The translations under genes and the position numbers were made by a program. The notes beneath the pieces are model-generated. The model was not told where the DNA came from. It searched no databases and worked only from the letters and a program-made list of their open reading frames with translations. 64,000 nucleotides of DNA, from positions 516 to 64,515 of the IMG/VR virus record IMGVR_UViG_3300030012_002750. The stretch is one strand, 5' to 3'. Positions 9,699-19,281 of this stretch are shown in pieces. Within the stretch, counting starts at the first letter, position 1, and each line of letters opens with the position of its first letter. This DNA is from a virus. Lineage: Duplodnaviria; Caudoviricetes.

Positions 9699-9947
9699 CC
9701 ATTTTCCAATAGGGCATTCGCTGTTTTTAAAAATAGTTTTTGTTTTGATAAAACAACCACAAAGACTGCATCTATCGTGGTTTCTTTCGGAGCATGTCAA
9801 GCAAATGTTGTAGCGACGCTCTCTTTCTGTTAAGTCTGCGCGTTGATTTGTGATTAAATCAGCCGCGGCTCGCGAAAGACTCTTAGCGGTTCCTAATGAG
9901 ATTGGAACTCCGCCTATTTTTGGTGCGCGTTTCAATCTCTTTCTCAT
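9639..9947 (-). CDS. Small Cys-rich protein, DUF6171-like
   Basis: Pattern RYNICLTC...RCSLCGCFIKTKT...CPIGKW recalls the viral DUF6171 family; the only convincing minus-strand gene. Confidence 0.75.
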   Translation of the reverse strand: MRKRLKRAPKIGGVPISLGTAKSLSRAAADLITNQRADLTERERRYNICLTCSERNHDRCSLCGCFIKTKTIFKNSECPIGKWSTLLAEPTINNTACAETDE

Positions 9948-9985
9948 GGGAAAGACTCTTTTGCTACCACTACTTGGTCTTTGCT

Positions 9986-10654
9986 ATGGCGGAGCGTATA
10001 TCAAGAGCCTCTTGTAAGTTCTGTCAAGACCCCGACCGCGATGGTATCGAAGAAATGATGAAGGCTGGGTTGATTACTGCGAAGCAATTAGACAAAGATA
10101 AAGGGTGGCGAGAAGGCACCGCTGATAGGCATTTTCGCAACCACATGGGAGAATATCACATGGGTAGTAATAGCGAATGTGGTTTTTGTGTATCTTCAAA
10201 AAGAGAAAGTTTGGAGATGGCGTATTTTAACGCCAGTATGACTGTTGAAGAAATAGCCCAAGATTTGCAAATGCCCGAATCCAGTGTTTATCATCATCTT
10301 AAACATCATCTTAAGCCAGTAGTGCAGAAAGGCGCGGCAGATATTATCATAGTTGAGGCTGGTAAAGAAATGGAGAGTTTGCGAACAAATTTATCGCGCA
10401 TAAATGGCGAATTGGGTCATTTTCTTGACGATGCAGACCGCAATGACCCACAATATGTTCGCAACATAGTATCTTTACACAAAGAAGTTCGCGAAACAGT
10501 CAAAGATATTATGAGAGTGCAAGAACGCGCGGCTGGTAATACTAACGAAACCATGAACGCACAGACGATAAACATACTCAAAGTTGAATTAGCGAAAGAG
10601 TCCCCCGAAGTATGGGCGCGGTTGCGTGGTAAATTGATAGGGGGTGATGAATGA
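9986..10654 (+). CDS. Zn-finger/HTH DNA-binding protein with coiled coil; candidate terminase small subunit
   Basis: Duplicated CxxC...HxxxH units (CKFC..HFRNH, CGFC..HHLKHH), HTH TVEEIAQDLQMPESSVYHH and a helical C-terminus; lies upstream of TerL. The TerS role is inferred. Confidence 0.55.
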   Translation: MAERISRASCKFCQDPDRDGIEEMMKAGLITAKQLDKDKGWREGTADRHFRNHMGEYHMGSNSECGFCVSSKRESLEMAYFNASMTVEEIAQDLQMPESSVYHHLKHHLKPVVQKGAADIIIVEAGKEMESLRTNLSRINGELGHFLDDADRNDPQYVRNIVSLHKEVRETVKDIMRVQERAAGNTNETMNAQTINILKVELAKESPEVWARLRGKLIGGDE

Positions 10655-11940
10655 TGGTAGGTGGTCCCGAAGGTAGCACCGCAGGTATGCGATTTAATCC
10701 TCGTCAAAGTGCAGAAGAATTACAAGACGACTCAAGTGTGGGTCGTGAAGATTCGGAAGAACGCGCACTTCATGATGCTAAAAAGCGTGAGAAACAAGAG
10801 AAACGCGCTAAAATGATGCAAGGTCTTCAACACATGAAGATAAAAATACCACAAAAGCGCGATGATGAAGAAGATAGCGACATGAAAAGACAGGCCGAGG
10901 CCGGTCAAATGTCCGGTCAAGTTGGTCAAAATGAGGCTATTGATGGTGCTAACCCTCGCGGTAGTTTTGGTGGTGGTGCTGGAATGAACATGTTGTTGTC
11001 AACTGCACCGTTTATTGATGATGCTTTTGAGTCAATACGCAAGGCCAAAAAAAACGAGCCGAAATACGACGACGAAAAGCCTAAGAAAACTACTACACTT
11101 GAAACACAACAAGCAAGAGCGCGTGCAAAGAAAGGTAGGCGTAAAAAGAAATACGGTATGAAAGATACTGAAAGCGCGAAAAGAAGTCGTAGCACAAAAA
11201 AGAGAAGACTCAAAGGTGGGAATGTAAGAACACCAAGCATCGCTTCAACGATGTCAGCGGCTCGCGCACCTTATGTTTCATTTGGTTTAATGGGTTCAAG
11301 AAGACCCTCTCCGACAGGACCAAGGTTTTTGACTTTCTCAACAGGAAGAACTCAAGCAAGAACAGCCACTAATCCGCAAAAAAAGGTGGAGCAAGACTTA
11401 CGACAGGCTATGCGTCAAGACACACCGACACAAGACATTACCCCTCCTATACCCACAGTTAGCCCTCAATCAAGAGTAGCACGCGCACCACGCGGTTCGC
11501 GAGATTCAAGACCACACAAAAAAGCACTAAGGCAACCAAGAACTGCCGCAACACCGGGTGGAAAAGAAGCGTCGGAAGCGACTTCTCTTGCTGGTGGTAG
11601 TGCTTCTGCTATGGCCGCGGGCGGTATTGGTTCAAGTGATGCTATATTGGCTTCCGAAGAGTTCTTGCATAAGCGCGCACAGAAGTTGAAATTAGGCATA
11701 TCTCATCGCGACCGTATTGAATATCGTCAATTAATAGACCAACTCAATCATCTATTGCGCCGATTAATGCGCAAAGAGGATAAGTCAATGCAAGGTGCTG
11801 ATGAAAAATCATCACCTAATTCATCGGGTGGTTTAACATCTAATCCAACAGGCGCAACTGAAACAGACCCCGATGACGACGCGACAAGATGGGGCGCGCA
11901 CCCTTACGATTTGTATGTTAGAAGGGGTGGTGTAGGTTGA
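10651..11940 (+). CDS. Basic, low-complexity hypothetical protein (probably disordered)
   Basis: 429-aa ORF after SD GGGGTGA; Arg/Lys-rich tracts. Confidence 0.8.
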   Translation: MMVGGPEGSTAGMRFNPRQSAEELQDDSSVGREDSEERALHDAKKREKQEKRAKMMQGLQHMKIKIPQKRDDEEDSDMKRQAEAGQMSGQVGQNEAIDGANPRGSFGGGAGMNMLLSTAPFIDDAFESIRKAKKNEPKYDDEKPKKTTTLETQQARARAKKGRRKKKYGMKDTESAKRSRSTKKRRLKGGNVRTPSIASTMSAARAPYVSFGLMGSRRPSPTGPRFLTFSTGRTQARTATNPQKKVEQDLRQAMRQDTPTQDITPPIPTVSPQSRVARAPRGSRDSRPHKKALRQPRTAATPGGKEASEATSLAGGSASAMAAGGIGSSDAILASEEFLHKRAQKLKLGISHRDRIEYRQLIDQLNHLLRRLMRKEDKSMQGADEKSSPNSSGGLTSNPTGATETDPDDDATRWGAHPYDLYVRRGGVG

Positions 11941-13709
11941 GCGATATTATCTTGAAAGGTCAAGGAGTTTGGTATATGGACGAAAATGGTATGATGCACC
12001 CAATGTCATTTCCACCTCCCGATTCCGACCATGAAAATTTATCACACTTTCACATCAATAGTAAAACAGGAAAGCCGTTCAAAGAACTTGAGGGTAAAGG
12101 TTTAGTCGGTAAATTCCCAATAGAAATAGCCGCTGGTATTTTTGCACGCGAACTTATGGAGCAAGGATACAAAGATGAAAACGGTATTAGAAGAAAACCT
12201 GCTTCGGAAGCATCGGCGTTGAGAGTAGCAAAAACTGTATTCAACAATGCGACAAAAGACTTCAATAAAATTAAGCGCGAAAATAATGATGATTTCAATG
12301 TTTTACCGATGAAGTTTGATGAGAACGGTCGATTGCACCCCGATTATAAAAATAACCATTATGGAGGTCATGTTTCTCGCCGCGTTCCAACATCTAAGAG
12401 AGCAACAAGAACTAAAGATGGTAAAGTCATTAATAATCACCCGCGAAATGAACAACATAAACAACTTGGACAACATCTTGAATCGGCGGCTTTTCATGTT
12501 GAAAAAGAGTTCCGTAAAATAGCAGAACAGATGGGTGTTGAAAGCGTCCTTGGTGCTAAACAAAATGTGCTTGAACCACAACAATTAACACAAGGTATAA
12601 CACATCGTTATACTTCAAAAGACAAACCTCCGACTCATAGAGATAATACAACATATCCTTCTCATTACAAAGATTTGCATTCACAAACTGCCGCTTATGG
12701 TAAGTATAGTCCGATGGATATAGTATCTATATTACCTCCCGATTTTTTTGTTCCTTCAACAGAAGGCAATATGTCAAAGAAAGTTATGAATCAATTAATA
12801 GAAATGGGCTACGACCAACCAACTGCGCGCTCAATGGCTCGCGCACCAATCAATCAATTGTTATATGGACGCGGCTCGGAAGGTGCTGAAACTAATGTCA
12901 ATAAGATAGTTCGCAACATGCGTAATGTTCTAAGAATAAATACTGATGAAGATGTGCATAACATGTTTGCTAATCACCGAAGCCATATAGCAAGAGAGGT
13001 TGAAGGTGGAGATAGAGGAAGAAACGGTAAGGCTGTTGAAATTTTAGCAATGATGAAAACAGCGCAAGAGTTAGGTGTTGAGCCAGCCGAGTATTCTTTA
13101 TTTGGTTCACCACCACCAAGCATAATGAATGGTTGGCGACAAATTGCTTTGAATGAGGGTGGCAAGAAAGTTGATTTAGACGCTCTTGGTAGTGTTGATG
13201 AAAGACACGCGATGAGAGGTAATTTCGCAAGTGATATGAAACACATATACGAATCATTCCCCGAACATTTGAGCGGTGGTTCAACCGCTGATGTATTACC
13301 CCCTCAACCTATTGTATCGGATATGCCTATGAGTGAACCACCACCCGCGCTGTCAACACAAGAGCCACTACCGCCAGCACCAGTTCAGCCACAAGTCAAT
13401 CCATCGTTCAATCCTTACTTTGACCCGTCAAGTTTTCAATTCTCCGATGACGACCCAATGGGTGTTATCGCGACTATCATGGAGCGCGTGCAAATGCATG
13501 ACGCAGGTGGCTCTTTGTTAGTGAAATATGACCCTATGGATAATTTTGATATGCAGAAATTGGGTCAAAATGTTGGCATGTCAAGTATTGATGTTCGCGC
13601 GATTGCTATGTCGCTTGGTGATTGGGGGGTTATAGCGAAATCCTTTAACACTACCCACGATGTGGTTCGCGCTATCAAGAGGTCTTGCGGAGGTGCAATC
13701 AATGGTTGA
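11937..13709 (+). CDS. Hypothetical protein with Pro-rich linker and small C-terminal HTH-like domain
   Basis: 590-aa ORF, TTG start overlapping the upstream stop; begins MSDIILKG. Confidence 0.8.
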   Translation: MSDIILKGQGVWYMDENGMMHPMSFPPPDSDHENLSHFHINSKTGKPFKELEGKGLVGKFPIEIAAGIFARELMEQGYKDENGIRRKPASEASALRVAKTVFNNATKDFNKIKRENNDDFNVLPMKFDENGRLHPDYKNNHYGGHVSRRVPTSKRATRTKDGKVINNHPRNEQHKQLGQHLESAAFHVEKEFRKIAEQMGVESVLGAKQNVLEPQQLTQGITHRYTSKDKPPTHRDNTTYPSHYKDLHSQTAAYGKYSPMDIVSILPPDFFVPSTEGNMSKKVMNQLIEMGYDQPTARSMARAPINQLLYGRGSEGAETNVNKIVRNMRNVLRINTDEDVHNMFANHRSHIAREVEGGDRGRNGKAVEILAMMKTAQELGVEPAEYSLFGSPPPSIMNGWRQIALNEGGKKVDLDALGSVDERHAMRGNFASDMKHIYESFPEHLSGGSTADVLPPQPIVSDMPMSEPPPALSTQEPLPPAPVQPQVNPSFNPYFDPSSFQFSDDDPMGVIATIMERVQMHDAGGSLLVKYDPMDNFDMQKLGQNVGMSSIDVRAIAMSLGDWGVIAKSFNTTHDVVRAIKRSCGGAING

Positions 13710-15330
13710 AACATGGGAAATAGAATGGAATAGTAGTATGCTGGAACATGGTCGCGACTTAGGGACTATGGAATTTATTTTTGCAAAAGGCGGCACCATC
13801 GCGGATATGAACTATGTTATGTTTGATGTTCAAGACACCACTTGGGAACCTCTCATCAAGGCTGTTGCGGAGCGCGACAACTCTCACCCCGACATCATTC
13901 GGAAGAATGTTCCACAACAACCGATATTCGGTATGCCTAATGAACAATTTAGACCTGCTGTTCCGGCGGCGGGAACTGCTGTCGCGCCAAACCCAAGAGC
14001 GGCGAAGCAAGCAAACCGCGCTATGCGTTCCGCCCAAGCAGGTGAAGCAGTCCGTGGTGGTAGCACTAAAGTTGGAGATTTAGCGAATGCTGGTTTTTAC
14101 GGCCAAGCCGCTATGCAAGCGGGTAAGAATATCTTTCAAGGAATGAAGGACCGAAGAGCCGCGAGAGCCGCTGACACTTCTAAAGAAGGAGGTATGCGAC
14201 AACGCATGGGTGATTTCATGGGTAAGGTTGGTCGTGGAATTAGCGACTTACGACATGCCCCACAAGCCGCTATGCAATCATTTAGAGATAGCCGCGCAAG
14301 AAGCGAAGATGAAGCACGAAGAAATACACTTGAAACTGGTCTTGGTCGCGGACAGCGACAAATTCAAGACGCAGAACGCAGAAATGTTCCGGGTAGTCAA
14401 AACTTTGACACAAATATGGATAGAGCGCGGGGAGCCATCAATCAAGGACTTGCTCGCGACTACAACATCAATGTTCCAACCGATAGTGAAGGCAATCCAA
14501 CTATGACTGTTCAAGACGCTATGCGTGATGAAATTAAACGGATTGGTGATAGACGCGCTGAACCAAAAGAAGGATTCCTCGCTGGTATGAAGCGACGCGG
14601 TGAAGAGCGACGAGCAAGGAATCAAGCACAAAAAGAAGGAGCGGCATACGCACCTTCTAATGTCGTGCCGGAAGCAGAACCGGAGCCACCAGCAATGCCG
14701 GAACCACCAACACCCGAAGCGGAGCGAGCGGCTAATACTGATATAGTGCCGAAAGAAGAAGAAGAAGAATTTGTATTCAACAATCCGCAAAGCGGACCCG
14801 AAACAGGAACACCACCACAAGACGCGGGGCAACCAATGAAGGTTGAACCCGAAACCGCTACGGCGACTGAACCAACATTTGGACAAAGGTTTGCTAACGA
14901 GGCTGGTATGAAATTAGGTGCAAACGCAGGTGATAGAGTCGCGGGTGGGTTAGATAAAGTGTATGCTCAACACCAAAAAACCCCATTCGCTAATTACGAA
15001 GATGCAATGCAAGCCATGTTGCAAGGTGGTGTAGGAACAAAAGGTATGATTGACGCTGGTAAGTTTAGTGGTAAAACAGGAAAGGCTGTTGAAGCGGCTT
15101 TAATAGAAATGGGTTATACTCCGGCACAAGCAAAGGCTATTGACCAAGCCGCGAAGCAAGGTAATCCCGATGCAAAAGAGATTGTTGAAGAAGCAACAGG
15201 TGAAGAAGAATTCCAATTTAATAATCCCGATATGGCAAGTGAAATGGCGGATATAGGCAACTTTGGTCTAAGTGAAGATAATCACAAAGCGTCGTGGAAT
15301 TCACTATTAAAAGGGTTAAATATTAGGTGA
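13702..15330 (+). CDS. Ala/Gly/Arg-rich hypothetical protein; possible internal virion protein
   Basis: SD GGAGGTG before ATG 13702; internal repeat EEEF(V/Q)FNNP; ends SWNSLLKGLNIR. Confidence 0.8.
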   Translation: MVETWEIEWNSSMLEHGRDLGTMEFIFAKGGTIADMNYVMFDVQDTTWEPLIKAVAERDNSHPDIIRKNVPQQPIFGMPNEQFRPAVPAAGTAVAPNPRAAKQANRAMRSAQAGEAVRGGSTKVGDLANAGFYGQAAMQAGKNIFQGMKDRRAARAADTSKEGGMRQRMGDFMGKVGRGISDLRHAPQAAMQSFRDSRARSEDEARRNTLETGLGRGQRQIQDAERRNVPGSQNFDTNMDRARGAINQGLARDYNINVPTDSEGNPTMTVQDAMRDEIKRIGDRRAEPKEGFLAGMKRRGEERRARNQAQKEGAAYAPSNVVPEAEPEPPAMPEPPTPEAERAANTDIVPKEEEEEFVFNNPQSGPETGTPPQDAGQPMKVEPETATATEPTFGQRFANEAGMKLGANAGDRVAGGLDKVYAQHQKTPFANYEDAMQAMLQGGVGTKGMIDAGKFSGKTGKAVEAALIEMGYTPAQAKAIDQAAKQGNPDAKEIVEEATGEEEFQFNNPDMASEMADIGNFGLSEDNHKASWNSLLKGLNIR

Positions 15331-15336
15331 TGGCGT

Positions 15337-16737
15337 GTGCAGTCGTTATCACTTGAAGCAATTGAGGAAATTGACTTTGAGGTAGCGAAGCGTGATTTCA
15401 AATTTTTCTTTGAAGAAATACTTGGGTTTCAACTATCGTGGCATCACGAACAATGGTTCAACAATCTTGAGTCGCGTAAAAGATATTGTGTTAAAGCGGC
15501 GCGTGACCACGGCAAGTCAACGCTATTTCTTGGTTATATGCTTTGGAAAACAGCGTTTAATCCAAAGACCAAAGCGGTATTGATTTCACACAGTCTTCAC
15601 CAGTCTATACATCACATGAGAACACTTAACGATTTGATTGATAGTGTGCCGTTTCTTGCTAAAATGAAGAAGCCGGATTCTTGGTCAAAGACATTTTTTG
15701 GTTTTGCTAATGGTTCTAACATTAGCGCGAAGTCGGTTGGTGGTGCTATCCGTGGTATTCACCCCGACCTTATTTTATGCGACGACATTCTGTGGGGAAC
15801 AACTGACACAGAACTTGCTCGCGTCGCATCATGGTTTTATGAAGTCCTTGTCCCGACGCTCCACCACACATCAAAACTAATGATAGTTGGGACACCCTTT
15901 ACTCCAACTGATTTATACACAGAACTTGAAAGTCGCGACGGTTATCTTGTTGAAACATATCCGGCTATCAATCTCAAAGGTGAAGCGTTGTGGCCGGAGC
16001 GTTGGGACTTAGAATCATTAGATGCGCGCAGAAATGATATGCCAGCGATAGCATTCGCGCGTGAATATCTTTGTGAACCAATGGACGATGTATCAAGTCT
16101 ATTCCCATCAACCATTCTTCAAGCCGCTAAAGACTCATCGTTGAAGTTGATTGAACGCGAAGTAGGCGACCCCGACGACCAATACTTCATTGGTTGGGAC
16201 CCTGCGATTTCAAGCGACCGAGCGGCTGACTATACTGTAATGGTGGTGCTTCGCCGTCCATCAACTAATCCCGAACTGCTTGAGTTAGTTCACGCAATCC
16301 GTCGTAAGAATATGGACTTCCGCACACAGATTATGGAGATTCAAAGACTCAACGCGAAGTTTAACCCCGATGTGATTGAACTTGAAGCAAACAACTTCCA
16401 GCGTGTGTTTGCGACTGAATTACGCGCAGATACAGATTTACCTATCAAGACATTTATTTCCACACGCCAACGCCGCGAGTCGCTTCTCATGGGTTTGGTG
16501 TTGCGCTTTGAGAAAGAGCAAATCCGTTTGCCGTGGGGTGATGACCGTTCTCGCACGCTGATGTCCGAACTTGAGCGGGAGTTGCTTATGTTTGGTATGA
16601 GCAAGAAAGGTCGGCTTGATAGCATCGGTAGGCACGATGACTTTGCTATTGCTCTCGCGTTGGCGCATTGGGCGACCACGGAGTTCCGTGAGCGCATTGT
16701 GGACTTAGATGAAATAATGGCGGGGTTGTTAGATTGA
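15337..16737 (+). CDS. terL: Terminase large subunit
   Basis: Walker A-like AARDHGKST, Walker B LILCDD, coupling motif VGTP, RNase H-like IGWDPA..DYT and C-terminal HDDFAIALALA. Confidence 0.95.
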   Translation: MQSLSLEAIEEIDFEVAKRDFKFFFEEILGFQLSWHHEQWFNNLESRKRYCVKAARDHGKSTLFLGYMLWKTAFNPKTKAVLISHSLHQSIHHMRTLNDLIDSVPFLAKMKKPDSWSKTFFGFANGSNISAKSVGGAIRGIHPDLILCDDILWGTTDTELARVASWFYEVLVPTLHHTSKLMIVGTPFTPTDLYTELESRDGYLVETYPAINLKGEALWPERWDLESLDARRNDMPAIAFAREYLCEPMDDVSSLFPSTILQAAKDSSLKLIEREVGDPDDQYFIGWDPAISSDRAADYTVMVVLRRPSTNPELLELVHAIRRKNMDFRTQIMEIQRLNAKFNPDVIELEANNFQRVFATELRADTDLPIKTFISTRQRRESLLMGLVLRFEKEQIRLPWGDDRSRTLMSELERELLMFGMSKKGRLDSIGRHDDFAIALALAHWATTEFRERIVDLDEIMAGLLD

Positions 16738-16934
16738 GCGATTGTAATTGTGAATTTTGCGTAGGAACGAATGCGGCTTTTGGCTATCTTGAAAAGAAAC
16801 TATGTCCGGCGGGTAAGGCCGCGGCAAAGCGTAAATTCAAGGTTTATCCAAGCGCGTATGCAAATGGTTGGGCTGTCCAATACTGTCGCGGTAAATTCAA
16901 AGGCAAGAAAAAGAAGGGAGGCAAAAAGAAATGA
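16734..16934 (+). CDS. Small basic phage protein (AAKRKFKVYPSAYAN type)
   Basis: KLCPAGKAAAKRKFKVYPSAYANGWAVQYCRG recalls a widespread marine phage basic protein; overlaps both neighbours. Confidence 0.75.
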   Translation: MSDCNCEFCVGTNAAFGYLEKKLCPAGKAAAKRKFKVYPSAYANGWAVQYCRGKFKGKKKKGGKKK

Positions 16935-17095
16935 AACTGAAAAAAGACAAATGTTGTTGTGGCGGAACTAAAGATACGCCTTGCGTTTGTATGATTGAAG
17001 GTAATCAATGTTCTGCTAAAAAACCTAAATGCCCTTGTTATAGATTAATGGATAAACAAAAAACGACTTTGAAAAAGATGGTGCGCGTAGTATGA
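16931..17095 (+). CDS. 54-aa Cys/Lys-rich microprotein (8 Cys), not in the ORF track
   Basis: Manual translation MKLKKDKCCCGGTKDTPCVCMIEGNQCSAKKPKCPCYRLMDKQKTTLKKMVRVV; ATGA overlaps with both flanking genes. Confidence 0.7.
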   Translation: MKLKKDKCCCGGTKDTPCVCMIEGNQCSAKKPKCPCYRLMDKQKTTLKKMVRVV

Positions 17096-17769
17096 CAGTA
17101 GAAAAAAACTTGAATCGTTGGTTTAAGGAGAAGTGGGTCGATGTTTCTCGTAAAAATAAAGACGGCTCACACCCTCCATGCGGTCGAAGCAAAGCCAAGA
17201 CTTCAAGCAAAGGTTATCCTAAATGTCGTCCTTCCGTCAAGGTATCAAGTAAAACTCCAAAGACTTCCGGCTCTATGTCCGAGGGTCAAAAACGCGCGGC
17301 AACAAAACGCAAGCGCAGTAAAAAACAAGGTGTGGGTGGGAAGCCCACGGTGGTAAAAATGGAATATGAATACATTATGCACGAACCAATAACAGCAGAA
17401 GAGTTAGCGATGATGAACGACGAAGATATAGCGAAAGAGGTATCTTTTTGTGATTGTTGCTCACCGTTTGACATAGCAACTTCTGTATTGAAAGCCAAGA
17501 AAAAAAGCAAGCCATTTCATGGTTACAACCCGAATAAGCACAGTCGTAAAGGTGGGCTAAATGCCAAAGGACGCGCCGCCGCAAAGCGTAAGAGTGGTGC
17601 TAATCTTAAACCCCCTGTAACTACCAAACCAAGTAAATTAAAACCGGGCGGCAAGAAGGCTAAAAGGCGTAAATCATTTTGCGCGAGAATGAGTGGTGTT
17701 AAAGGACCGACCAGTAAAGGAGGCAAATTGACTCCTAAAGGTGCGGCGTTGAAAAGATGGAATTGTTGA
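17092..17769 (+). CDS. Fusion of two small basic phage domains (DUF5872-like and DUF6321-like) joined by an acidic linker
   Basis: N-domain LNRWFKEKWVD...PCGRS...YPKCRPS; C-domain GGLNAKGR...NLKPPV...RRKSFCARM...ALKRWNC. Family names are from recall. Confidence 0.7.
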   Translation: MTVEKNLNRWFKEKWVDVSRKNKDGSHPPCGRSKAKTSSKGYPKCRPSVKVSSKTPKTSGSMSEGQKRAATKRKRSKKQGVGGKPTVVKMEYEYIMHEPITAEELAMMNDEDIAKEVSFCDCCSPFDIATSVLKAKKKSKPFHGYNPNKHSRKGGLNAKGRAAAKRKSGANLKPPVTTKPSKLKPGGKKAKRRKSFCARMSGVKGPTSKGGKLTPKGAALKRWNC

Positions 17770-17770
17770 A

Positions 17771-17893
17771 ATGTTTGAATATTGCGGGTGGTGCTATGTT
17801 GATGAAAGCGTCTATCCGTTCGGGCTATGTAAGAAGTGTTGGATTAAGTATGGTAAACCTCAACCAATGAATGTGAAAGGTGAGGCAACATGA
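17771..17893 (+). CDS. 40-aa CxxC-CxxC zinc-finger microprotein, not in the ORF track
   Basis: MFEYCGWCYVDESVYPFGLCKKCWIKYGKPQPMNVKGEAT; fills the gap exactly and overlaps the next ATG. Confidence 0.6.
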   Translation: MFEYCGWCYVDESVYPFGLCKKCWIKYGKPQPMNVKGEAT

Positions 17894-19281
17894 TTATTGA
17901 TTTATCCGATGAAAATACTTTCATTGATATGATATTGAAAAATACTATACAGGGTGCATCATTTGGTGATGCGCCACAACCAATTAATCAAGGTCAAGGA
18001 CAAGCAAACGCTAATCCAACACCACCAAAGCCCAACGAAACTGGTGAGCAAGAAGAAAAAGACAAAATAAAACAAGTGGTGCAAGAACAACTCAAGCGTT
18101 CATTACCCGATGGAGGTTGGTTTCAATCAATGTTTGGTCGCGGTGCTGGTGATTTAGTTAAAGATTTGAGATTGGCGCGGCGTGAACATAAAGACATGCG
18201 CGATGCTATCGACCACGCTATCGACGCTATTCGCATTGCTAAAAAACAAGAGGTTGAGGCTACCCTTCAATCAATTGAATGGATTGGTAAGCACGAAGAT
18301 ACAGTTAGAAATTTAGGTATTAGTGAGCGTGATTTACAAGCGTTGCGCAAACATGGTGTAAATCGCGAATATGCACTTCGCCGCGCTTGTGTTCAATGGG
18401 AGAAAGCAAATGATATTATCAGTAAATTGCTTTTGATAGATGGGGAATTCAATGATGAACAAAGGCAAATGTGGGTTGACGCACAACAATTAAAAAAGAA
18501 TTCTAAGAAAGAATGGAAAAATAGTTTGCACTCGATTGACAACATCAAAAAAAGTGAAGCGATATGGTTGACTAAAGCAACATCAATACTTGAAAAGCGG
18601 GGTCCGTTATCAGCGAGAGAACTTGTTGGTAGTATGAGCGGAGTGAAAAGTTTAACTACACAGAAATTGAGCGCGCTCTTCAAAATGCATGGAGTTGAAT
18701 ATGATATTGAAAAGATTGGCGCATCATGGGGTATAGTTCGCGATGACACAGTTATTTTCAAAGATGTATGGGCTTACGCCGCTGGATTTCTTGACGCTGA
18801 TGGTTATATTACAATCACTAAGCGTCTTGAGCCAAGGGCTGGGTTTATAGCCACAGGAGAAAGAGGTAAGATGCATTGTGAACAATTACACAAGGCTCTT
18901 GGATGCGGTGTTCTTCAAACAGATTTGAAGATTCATAAAAATAGCAGACGAACGCAACATAGATTACAGTTTTATAGTGAGAATGATTTAAGGAAATTAA
19001 TGAAAGGTTTGCGTCCACACCTCCGAATGAAAAAAGGTCAAGCGGGTGCTGTTCTTGAGTTGCTTAATTTGCGCGGTCGCAAAACTGACATTATCAAATC
19101 TCGACGCGATGAATTGTATCGTATAGTAAAATGGTTAAACTGGAAAGATGTGCCGGACAAGCGTGAAGAATTGCTTAAAGAGTGGAACATTGATGAACTC
19201 GGACTTCATGCGATGTTTAATCGGGATGGCGAAACCCTGCGTCTTCTTGACGACGCTAACCGACTTGTGGAGATGATGTGA
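17890..19281 (+). CDS. Multidomain protein with winged-helix-like region and C-terminal LAGLIDADG endonuclease-like domain
   Basis: WAYAAGFLDADGYITI motif and downstream LRPHLRMKKGQA typical of LAGLIDADG_3-type domains; ILEKRGPLSARELV resembles a winged helix. Confidence 0.8.
   Translation: MIIDLSDENTFIDMILKNTIQGASFGDAPQPINQGQGQANANPTPPKPNETGEQEEKDKIKQVVQEQLKRSLPDGGWFQSMFGRGAGDLVKDLRLARREHKDMRDAIDHAIDAIRIAKKQEVEATLQSIEWIGKHEDTVRNLGISERDLQALRKHGVNREYALRRACVQWEKANDIISKLLLIDGEFNDEQRQMWVDAQQLKKNSKKEWKNSLHSIDNIKKSEAIWLTKATSILEKRGPLSARELVGSMSGVKSLTTQKLSALFKMHGVEYDIEKIGASWGIVRDDTVIFKDVWAYAAGFLDADGYITITKRLEPRAGFIATGERGKMHCEQLHKALGCGVLQTDLKIHKNSRRTQHRLQFYSENDLRKLMKGLRPHLRMKKGQAGAVLELLNLRGRKTDIIKSRRDELYRIVKWLNWKDVPDKREELLKEWNIDELGLHAMFNRDGETLRLLDDANRLVEMM

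Noticed and set aside
17890-19281. Intein or group I intron interrupting terminase or portal
   Set aside because: Both TerL and portal look complete and contiguous, and no intein terminal motifs are visible.
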